DNA of 64,000 nucleotides from NCBI GenBank assembly GCA_046731295.1, contig JBKPKU010000051.1:13902-77901 (forward strand), given 5' to 3'. Positions within the stretch are counted from its first letter, which is position 1. Each line of letters begins with the position of its first letter. A model generated the notes under the pieces. The model was not told the origin of the DNA, made no database searches, and was given only the letters and a program-made list of their open reading frames with translations. Origin of the DNA: Actinomycetota bacterium. Its GTDB lineage: Bacteria; Actinomycetota; UBA4738; HRBIN12. The position numbers and the translations under genes were made by a program. This document shows positions 38,391 to 48,137 of this stretch, in pieces.

Positions 38391-39050
38391 GTGACGGAGC
38401 CGCCGGCCGAACCGATCTCGGTGCGAGCTCGCTTCGAGCGCTTCCCGGCGACGGTCAAGGGTGCCTTCATCTTCCGGGGCGAGGCCCCCGACCCGCATCA
38501 GGTCGTGGTGGTCGGGGCGCGCGTGAGCGCGCTGGGGCCCGGCGGCTCGAGCCCGATGCCGCTCGCTCCGGTGACGCTGGACGTGGTTCCACACCGTGAC
38601 GTGTTCGTCCCGTTCGAGTTGCCGCTGGCCGACCTCGAGCCCGGCTGGTACACGCTCGTGTGCGACGTCGAGGTCGACGGGTCGCCGGCGACGTTCGACG
38701 GCGGACGCCGGTTCTCGGTGCCGTGGCCGCGCGCGACAGTTCGGCGCGGGCAGGTCAAGGTGGGGAAGCGGGTCCGCCTGGGCGATCAGACCGTGCAGGT
38801 CGAGCAGGTGGACTGCTCGGGCGACTCGATCAAGGTGAACCTGCGCATCGACCCGCCGGGCGCCGTGACGCTGAAGCTGTTCGCCGGCGGCCGGCGCCTC
38901 CGGGTGCTCGAGATGGAGGCCGACGAGGTCGGCCGAGCGAAGGCGACCGCCTATCCGCTGATGCGCGCGGACGAGGTCCTGCGGATCGAGCTGAGGGGCC
39001 GCCGACGCGGGTCCGAAGAGGCCATCGAGGTGCCGCTGACGCAGGGCTGA
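38391..39050 (+). CDS. Hypothetical protein
   Basis: The GTG starts immediately after the ahcY stop. The composition is protein-like and beta-rich, with no family recognised. Confidence 0.55.
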   Translation: MTEPPAEPISVRARFERFPATVKGAFIFRGEAPDPHQVVVVGARVSALGPGGSSPMPLAPVTLDVVPHRDVFVPFELPLADLEPGWYTLVCDVEVDGSPATFDGGRRFSVPWPRATVRRGQVKVGKRVRLGDQTVQVEQVDCSGDSIKVNLRIDPPGAVTLKLFAGGRRLRVLEMEADEVGRAKATAYPLMRADEVLRIELRGRRRGSEEAIEVPLTQG

Positions 39051-39086
39051 TGTCGTCCTGTCGGCGGCGGGCGCTAGCGTTCGGCG

Positions 39087-39893
39087 ATGCTGGCCCCGCT
39101 GCTCGACGCGCTGTTCCCCAAGCGATGCGCCGGGTGCGGCTCGGGGCCCTGGCCGTTCTGCGGCGGATGTCGCTCCGACCTCGTCGTCCTCGGCGAGCCG
39201 CGATGCGAGCGGTGCGGCGCGCCCTGTCCTCGGCCGGTGACCGGATGCCTCGACTGCCCGCCCGCGTCCATCGCGATCGCGCGCGCTTCCTTCGGGTTCG
39301 ACGGCCCGGTGCGCCGGGCCGTGCACCGGCTGAAGTTCGGCGGCTGGCGCTCGGTGGCCGAGGCGCTCGCGGGGGCCATGGCGCGGAGTTGGTCCGCCGA
39401 GGCGTGGCCGGCAGATGTCATCGCGTGGGTGCCGCTGTCGCGGGAGCGGCTCGCCGCGCGCGGGTACGACCAGGCCAGGGCTCTGGCGCGCGCCGTGGCG
39501 CCCCGGGTCGGCTTGCCGGCCGAGGGGCTGCTCCGCCGAGTGGGCGATCCTGGGCCGCAGGCCCGTCGCGGCGGCGCCGCCCGGCGGGAGGCCATGCGTG
39601 GCGTGTTCGCCCCGGCGGGCCGCATCTCGGGACGGGTCCTGCTGATCGACGACGTGCTGACCACCGGCGCCACGGGGGGCGCGTGCGGGGAGGCCCTGCT
39701 CTCGGGCGGCGCCTCGAGCGTGGGCCTGCTGACCGCGGCCCGCGCGGTGTCCTCGGCACGACGCCCCGGAACCCCCCCTATACTCGGCGTCGGGCTCGCG
39801 TCCGGGTCTGTGGTTGCCCCGGGGAGCGGCTCCCCGGCAGTCGATGCCAGCCGCGGGCGAAGCGACCCACGTAAGCCGACCCTTGGTCGGTGA
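39087..39893 (+). CDS. ComF-family phosphoribosyltransferase-like protein (ComFC type)
   Basis: N-terminal double CxxC zinc finger (CAGCGS...CGGC, CERCG...CLDC), then RGYDQA and the PRT loop VLLIDDVLTTGAT. The last roughly 45 codons look non-protein-like and may be read-through into the downstream RNA element. Confidence 0.8.
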   Translation: MLAPLLDALFPKRCAGCGSGPWPFCGGCRSDLVVLGEPRCERCGAPCPRPVTGCLDCPPASIAIARASFGFDGPVRRAVHRLKFGGWRSVAEALAGAMARSWSAEAWPADVIAWVPLSRERLAARGYDQARALARAVAPRVGLPAEGLLRRVGDPGPQARRGGAARREAMRGVFAPAGRISGRVLLIDDVLTTGATGGACGEALLSGGASSVGLLTAARAVSSARRPGTPPILGVGLASGSVVAPGSGSPAVDASRGRSDPRKPTLGR

Positions 39894-40035
39894 GCATGGC
39901 GCGGTTTAGATGTAAGTCCTGCCCCGGAGGGGTTCGCCTCGACGGGAGAGGGTGCGAAGCCGCCCGATGGGCGGCGATCATCCCCGCAGGCGGATGTGGG
40001 GACAAAGACCAGGTCAGCCGGACGCGGGCCCGCTC
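39876..40035 (+). ncRNA. Candidate structured RNA, raiA-motif-like by position (between comF and hpf). Boundaries are approximate.
   Basis: A 180-nt non-coding gap with nested helices read by eye: 39876-39890, 39922-39932, 39959-39975, cctgc 39918-22 with gcagg 39986-90, and tcccc 39981-85 with gggga 39998-40002. The genomic context matches the published raiA motif class. Confidence 0.4.
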
Positions 40036-40073
40036 GATCTTCGAGGGCGGGGAACGGGGGCGCGAAGGCACGC

Positions 40074-40475
40074 ATGGAGCTCGTGCTGAAGGGCCGAGGC
40101 GCCCGGGTGGCCCAGCGTCTGCGCGAGGTCACCCAACACAAGCTCGCGCGGATCGAACGCCTCGAGCCGTCGCTCACGCGTCTGGAGGTGGTCGTCACCG
40201 TCGAGAAGAACCCCCGGCAGGGCGGCCTGCACCGGATCGAGGCCGTCGCGGCCACACCGAGGAAGACCTATCGCGCCCACGCCGACGCCACGGACGTCGA
40301 CTCGGCCCTGGACGTGGTGGCCGAGCGGCTCGAGCGCCAGATCCTCGACCACCACAACCGCCGCCGGGCTCGTCGGAACGCGGGAGCGGGTCGCGTAAAA
40401 TCCGCGCAGATGCCGCTCGCTGGGGAAGCCACCGAGGACGTCGCCGAGGACGTGGAGCCGGGAGGCGCGGAGTGA
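40074..40475 (+). CDS. hpf: Ribosome hibernation promoting factor / RaiA family (short form)
   Basis: MELVLKGRGARVAQRLREVTQHKLARIERL...VEVVVTVEKNPR...AHADATDVDSALDVVAERLERQI. Confidence 0.85.
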   Translation: MELVLKGRGARVAQRLREVTQHKLARIERLEPSLTRLEVVVTVEKNPRQGGLHRIEAVAATPRKTYRAHADATDVDSALDVVAERLERQILDHHNRRRARRNAGAGRVKSAQMPLAGEATEDVAEDVEPGGAE

Positions 40476-41158
40476 GTGACAAGCCCGATGCGGGCTCTGA
40501 GACGCTCAGGGTGCTGGTCTGCGATGACCACGCGCTGTTCCGCCGGGGCCTGCAGATGGTCCTCGAGCAGGAACCCGATCTCGAGCTCGTCGGCGAGGCC
40601 GCGGACGGCGAGGAGGTGGTCGTCCGCGCCCAGGAGCTGATGCCGGACGTGATCCTGATGGACGTCCGGATGCCCCGGAGGTCCGGCATCGAGGCGGCGA
40701 GCGAGATCAAGGAGGCGCTGCCGCACGTCAAGATCCTCATGCTGACGATCAGCGACGACGAGGCCGACCTCTACGAGGCGATCAAGGCCGGCGCCTCCGG
40801 CTATCTGCTCAAGGAGATCCCGATCGAGGAGGTCGCCGACGCGATCCGATCGGTGTGGGCGGGGCAGTCGCGCATCAGTCCATCGATGGCGAGCAAGCTC
40901 CTGACGGAGTTCGCGGCGATGAGCAAGGCGACGGAGGAGAAGCCGCAGATGGCAACCCCACGGCTGACGGAGCGGGAGATGGAGGTGCTGCGCCTGGTCG
41001 CGCAGGGCCTCAACAATCGCGACATCGCCGCAAAGCTGTTCATCTCCGAGAACACCGTGAAGAACCACATCCGCAACATCCTGGAGAAGCTCCACCTGCA
41101 CTCCCGCATGGAGGCGGTCGTCTACGCCGTGCGGGAGAAGATGATCGAGATCAACTAG
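40472..41158 (+). CDS. NarL/FixJ-family response regulator (REC + LuxR HTH) with no adjacent kinase
   Basis: RVLVCDDHALFRRGL...DVILMDVRMP...KILMLT receiver motifs. The HTH reads LTEREMEVLRLVAQGLNNRDIAAKLFISENTVKNH. The GTG overlaps the hpf stop (GTGA at 40472-40475). Confidence 0.9.
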   Translation: MSDKPDAGSETLRVLVCDDHALFRRGLQMVLEQEPDLELVGEAADGEEVVVRAQELMPDVILMDVRMPRRSGIEAASEIKEALPHVKILMLTISDDEADLYEAIKAGASGYLLKEIPIEEVADAIRSVWAGQSRISPSMASKLLTEFAAMSKATEEKPQMATPRLTEREMEVLRLVAQGLNNRDIAAKLFISENTVKNHIRNILEKLHLHSRMEAVVYAVREKMIEIN

Positions 41159-41236
41159 GCGCCCCGGCCGGGCTCCCGGGCACGTTCGGGACCTCCGGTA
41201 CCATGGAGTCCCGAACCCCCCGAACCGAGGCGAAGC

Positions 41237-43903
<2,667 letters not shown>

Positions 43904-43916
43904 GCATTCGCAAAGA

Positions 43917-43944
43917 GGAGGCCGGCCCCGAGGGGCCGGCCTCC
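43917..43944. terminator. GC-rich hairpin between convergent secA and a small minus-strand gene
   Basis: GGAGGCCGGCCCC-GA-GGGGCCGGCCTCC, 13-nt perfect arms. Confidence 0.7.
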
Positions 43945-43966
43945 GAGCGCGGAGAGGGGGGTTACC

Positions 43967-44197
43967 TCACCGGCACTGTCCGCAGACGGATCTGTTGACG
44001 ACGATCGGCGCGCCCTGCTCCTGCGCCGGGCCGAAGTCGCGCACCGGGCCGAGCCCGGTACCGCCGGCGGGCGTCGAGCGGGCGGCGAGCGCCATCGTCA
44101 CCACTGTGGCCGCCGCCAGGAGGATCGCCGCCAGGACGAACCACGCCCGCGCCAGGTAGTGACTCTCGATCGGAAGGTTCGCGCTCCTGGTGGCCAT
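43967..44197 (-). CDS. Small membrane protein, hypothetical
   Basis: A strong SD (AGGAGGAAGCG) precedes ATG 44197. One TM segment (AWFVLAAILLAAATVVTMALAA) and a C-terminal CGQC. Confidence 0.5.
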   Translation of the reverse strand: MATRSANLPIESHYLARAWFVLAAILLAAATVVTMALAARSTPAGGTGLGPVRDFGPAQEQGAPIVVNRSVCGQCR

Positions 44198-44294
44198 CGC
44201 TTCCTCCTGTCTGTGGCTCGAACGCTAGATCCGGGCGCCGACGCCCTCGGTAACGCCCGACACGAACCCGATGTGACGTGCAGCACATCCGGGC

Positions 44295-44320
44295 GTCCCG
44301 GGCGGTTGGCCGCCCGGGAC
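44295..44320 (-). terminator. Perfect 11-bp stem, 4-nt loop hairpin between two small minus-strand genes
   Basis: GTCCCGGGCGG-TTGG-CCGCCCGGGAC. It could act as a terminator or attenuator. Confidence 0.45.
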
Positions 44321-44336
44321 CGCCCGCTCTTCGGGC

Positions 44337-44729
44337 TCAGATCCGCTGGTGTCGGCCGTACCGCGAGAAGTCGTTCTTCGCGTCCATCCCGCCGCTCAGC
44401 TCGGTCGGGGTGGCCCCGATAGGCCGGGTGGCCGGCCCGGCCGCGCCCGTGGCGATCCCGCGCCGCGGCACGTCGCGGACGAACGAGATGTCCCCGATCC
44501 GGCCGCCGACCGTGACGCCGCGCAGCTCGGACGGCGTGTTCGCTGCGGTGCCCGACACGCTCGCGACCGCGGGGTTGTCCACGGTCGACGTGGTGGTCGG
44601 CGCCGAGTCGCCGCGATCCAGCGAGACGGCGATCACGGCCACGGTCAGCATGACGATCGAGACGACGACGGCCGCGGGCCAGATCGAACGGCCCCCCGTC
44701 GGCTTCAGCGTTCCGACCCTGGTGCTCAT
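44337..44729 (-). CDS. Membrane-anchored hypothetical protein
   Basis: ATG 44729 is preceded by GGAGGTGGGGG. It reads MSTRVGTLKPTGGRSIWPAAVVVSIVMLTVAVIAV, then an S/T/G-rich ectodomain. Confidence 0.5.
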   Translation of the reverse strand: MSTRVGTLKPTGGRSIWPAAVVVSIVMLTVAVIAVSLDRGDSAPTTTSTVDNPAVASVSGTAANTPSELRGVTVGGRIGDISFVRDVPRRGIATGAAGPATRPIGATPTELSGGMDAKNDFSRYGRHQRI

Positions 44730-45022
44730 CCCCCACCTCCCGTCTTGGTTCCGTGCCCGACGGTAGGGATCTCTCGGCCGTGCTTCGGTGACCGGCGGCA
44801 CGATGCGGGCGTGACCTGCCGCACCCGGCTCGGGCTAGGCTGCCCGCGGGAGGAACGGGTGGCCGAGGGACGACGCGAGGACCAGATGCGGCCGATCACG
44901 GCCCCTCGCCGAGGCGCTACCTCGAGTCCGTAGGCCCCGACGCGCCCGCCGGGTGCGAACTCGGCCATGCCGCGAGGATAGCCTCGGCGATGCGCTCGTT
45001 GGGCCCCGGTACGATGTCGCGC

Positions 45023-46133
45023 ATGAGCGAACACACCGAGCGCCTCGAGGACCTGACCAAGCGCATCGCCTCGGCGAAGGAGTTCCTTTGACGTCGACGG
45101 CAGGCGCTCGCGGGCGGCCGACCTGGAACGGCAGGCGGCCGAGCCGTCCCTGTGGGACGACCCAGAGCACGCGCGTTCGCTGACGACGCAGCTGTCCCGG
45201 CTGCAGGCCGAGCTCGAGCGCTACGACGGGCTCGTTCGCCGACTCGAGGACGCCACCGCGATGGACGAGCTGCTGGCCGACGAGGCCGATCCCGAGATGA
45301 CCGCGGACCTCGCGCGCGCGGTCAAGGAGCTCGAGGGCGACGTCGAGAAGCTCGAGCTCGCGACGCTCCTCGGCGGCGAGTACGACGACAACGACGCGGT
45401 CGCCACGCTGCACGCCGGCGCCGGCGGCACCGAGTCGCAGGACTGGGCCGAGATGCTGCTTCGCATGTACCTGCGTTGGGCCGAACGCGAGAAGCTCGAC
45501 GTCGAGATCGACGAGACGCTGTTCGGCGACGAGGCCGGGATCAAGAGCGCGACGTTCATCGTGCACGGGCCGTACGCCTACGGTCTGCTGTCGGCCGAAC
45601 GCGGAGTGCACCGCCTGGTTCGGATCTCGCCGTTCGATGCCCAGAAGCGCCGGCACACGTCGTTCGCCAACTTGGATGTCATCCCGCTGCTCGAAGAGAC
45701 GGGGGATGAGGACATCCTCATCGACCCGAAAGACCTCAGGATCGACGTCTACCGCTCGACCGGACCGGGGGGCCAGTCCGTCAACACGACGGACTCCGCC
45801 GTGCGGATCACCCATCTGCCGACGGGCATCGCGGCGGCGTGCCAGAACGAACGGTCCCAGCTCCAGAACCGCGCTGTGGCCATGCGGATCCTCAAGGCGC
45901 GACTGGCCGAGCGCATGCGCGAGGAGCAGCAGACCAAGTTGGAGAACCTACGCGGCGAGCGCAAGGGCATCGACTTCGGCTCGCAGATCCGATCGTACGT
46001 GCTCGCCCCGTACCGACTCGTGAAGGATCACCGGACCGACGTCGAGATCGGCGACGTGGATCGGGTCCTCGACGGCGACCTCGAGGAGCTCATCGAGGCG
46101 GAGCTCCGGCGGCGCGCCGAACCCGCATCCTGA
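45023..46133 (+). CDS. prfB: Peptide chain release factor 2, requiring a programmed +1 frameshift at CTT-TGA-C (45086-45092)
   Basis: Frame 0 reads ATG 45023 MSEHTERLEDLTKRIASAKEFL, then TGA at 45089-45091. The +1 frame from 45090 continues DVDGRRSRAADLERQAAEPSLWDD... into track ORF 45261..46133, which carries SPF and GGQ motifs. An SD-like AGGAG lies upstream of CTT. Confidence 0.9.
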
Positions 46134-46231
46134 AGCGGGGCAAGGGCTCCGACGCATCTCGGCGCTTACGCTGCGCAGCCCGCGTCGTGAGCCGGAGCTT
46201 GCCGAGGGCATATCAACCCGAGACAATCTGA

Positions 46232-48082
46232 GTGCCCAACCCGGGAAGGTCATGCACCTTGTCCGAAAAGTCCAGGCGGCGGCTGGAGCTTTCGATCACG
46301 GCGGTGTTCGTTCTGGCTCTCCTGTTGGTCGGCGCGGTCCTGATCTTCACGGGCGGAGCGGCTTCGGCCAAGCAGATCGCGACGCTCCAGCTCTTCGGCG
46401 GAACGGTCGACGTCCAGAAGGGAGGGAGCGGAGACTTCCAACCGGTCGCGGAGGGTGCGTCCCTGCACGAGGGCGACACCGTGCGCACCGGCCCAACCGG
46501 AAGGGCGTCCGTCGTGTACTTCGACGGCAGCCTGACGCGTCTGGACTACGACACGACATTCACCTTGGTCACGCTCGAGACGCTCAACAACGCGAGCGAC
46601 TCGAAGGTCATCGAGGGCGAACAGGCCGACGGCAGTTCCTACAACAGGGTGGCCGAGCTCACGGACGGGGCGAGCCGGTTCGAGGTCGAGACGCCGACCG
46701 TAACGGCCTCGGTCCAGGGCACGGCGTATGCGCTCATCGTCGAGGACGGCTCGACCACGGTGGCCGTGGTCGACGGTGTGGTGGAGGCGAGCGGCAACGA
46801 CGCCTCCGTGAGCGTGCCTGCCGGCAAGATGGTGAACGTCGATGCGGAGGGTTCCATCGGCGTCCCGCAGGATCTCTCGCGTCAGGTGCTGAACAGCCCG
46901 TGGCTCTCCTTCAACCTCTGCGACATCGACCATGACGACGCCTGCGTGACGGGCGAGTCGGTCACGCCTCCGACCGAACCCGTCGAGCCGAACCCCGACA
47001 AGGAACCGCCGCACACCCGGCCGGAAGTCACCCCGACGCCGACGATCGCGCCGGCCGGCAGCAACGGCGGCGGCAACGGCGGCGGCAATGGCGGCGGCAA
47101 TGGCGGCGGCGGCGGCGGGTCGCCGCCTCCAAACGCGCCGCCCACCGCGGGCTTCACGGCGACGCCGAACGAGGGTCACGCGCCGCTGCGGGTGCAGTTC
47201 GCGGACGCTTCGAGCGACCCCGACGGTGACCCGATCTCTCGACACTGGAGCTTCGGCGACGGCTCCTCCCGGAACGGCGGCACGAGCCCGACGCACACGT
47301 TCCGCGATCCGGGGACCTACACGGTCACCCTGACGATCCAGGACCCGGACGGCGCGACCGACCACAAGAGCAAAGTCATCGACGTGGGGTCGCCGCCCGC
47401 CGGATTCGATCACATCGTCATCTCGCCTTCGAACGCGACGATCCCGCCGGGAGGCTCGCAGATCTACGCGGCGGAGGCGTTCGATACCCACGGGCAGTCG
47501 ATGGGAAGCGTCACGGCCAACACGTCGTTCTCGATCGGGCCGAACGGCTCGTGCACGGCCAATACGTGCACCGCGAACCAGCCTGGGACCCACACGGTCA
47601 CGGGAACGTTCTCGGGCGACAGCGACGCCGCCACCCTCGTGGTCGAGGAGCCCCTGCCGCCGCCGTGTCCGAACTATGCCTTGGCGTTCCGCACGAGGCC
47701 GCCGGATTCGATCGATGCCGGGAGGCAATTCAACGTCCAGGTACGCGTCGACGTCCTGCAGGGCGGCGCCAATGAGGGCCCGCTGACCATCTCGCTCTCG
47801 CTCGGCGGTGGGAGCTTCGGTGGCGGTGACACATCACAGACGTGGGCGGGGGAGGGGACGATCACGTTCAACCACCTCTCGATCGACCAGCCCGGGACCT
47901 ACTCGATCACGGCGACCGCCCCGTGCGCGTCCCCCGCGGACCCGGCGTGGATCGTCGTCACCGAGAAGGGAAACTCGAACACCCTGGGTCTCGTCCTGGC
48001 GGGACCGGGACTCCTGGCGGCGCGTCGAAGGCGCCGGGGACCGGGACTCCTGGCGGCGCGTCGAAGGCGCCGACGGCCTTGA
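46232..48082 (+). CDS. Membrane-anchored surface protein with FecR-like domain, Gly/Asn linker, PKD domain, Ig-like domains and Arg-rich C-terminal anchor
   Basis: FecR-like (LHEGDTVRTGPTGRASVVYFDGSLTRLDYDTTF). The PKD part reads FTATPNEGHAPLRVQFADASSDPDGDPISRHWSFGDG...HTFRDPGTYTVTLTIQD. The start codon is uncertain (GTG 46232 or a downstream TTG). Confidence 0.8.
   Translation: MPNPGRSCTLSEKSRRRLELSITAVFVLALLLVGAVLIFTGGAASAKQIATLQLFGGTVDVQKGGSGDFQPVAEGASLHEGDTVRTGPTGRASVVYFDGSLTRLDYDTTFTLVTLETLNNASDSKVIEGEQADGSSYNRVAELTDGASRFEVETPTVTASVQGTAYALIVEDGSTTVAVVDGVVEASGNDASVSVPAGKMVNVDAEGSIGVPQDLSRQVLNSPWLSFNLCDIDHDDACVTGESVTPPTEPVEPNPDKEPPHTRPEVTPTPTIAPAGSNGGGNGGGNGGGNGGGGGGSPPPNAPPTAGFTATPNEGHAPLRVQFADASSDPDGDPISRHWSFGDGSSRNGGTSPTHTFRDPGTYTVTLTIQDPDGATDHKSKVIDVGSPPAGFDHIVISPSNATIPPGGSQIYAAEAFDTHGQSMGSVTANTSFSIGPNGSCTANTCTANQPGTHTVTGTFSGDSDAATLVVEEPLPPPCPNYALAFRTRPPDSIDAGRQFNVQVRVDVLQGGANEGPLTISLSLGGGSFGGGDTSQTWAGEGTITFNHLSIDQPGTYSITATAPCASPADPAWIVVTEKGNSNTLGLVLAGPGLLAARRRRRGPGLLAARRRRRRP
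48001..48072 (+). repeat. Perfect 36-bp tandem duplication (2 copies) inside the 3' end of the surface-protein gene
   Basis: GGGACCGGGACTCCTGGCGGCGCGTCGAAGGCGCCG occurs at 48001-48036 and again at 48037-48072. It encodes GPGLLAARRRRR twice. Confidence 0.95.
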
Positions 48083-48137
48083 CGAGCGGGGCCCGCCGGC
48101 ATGTCGAGTCCCTGTCTGCACCGCCGACCGTCGCGGG

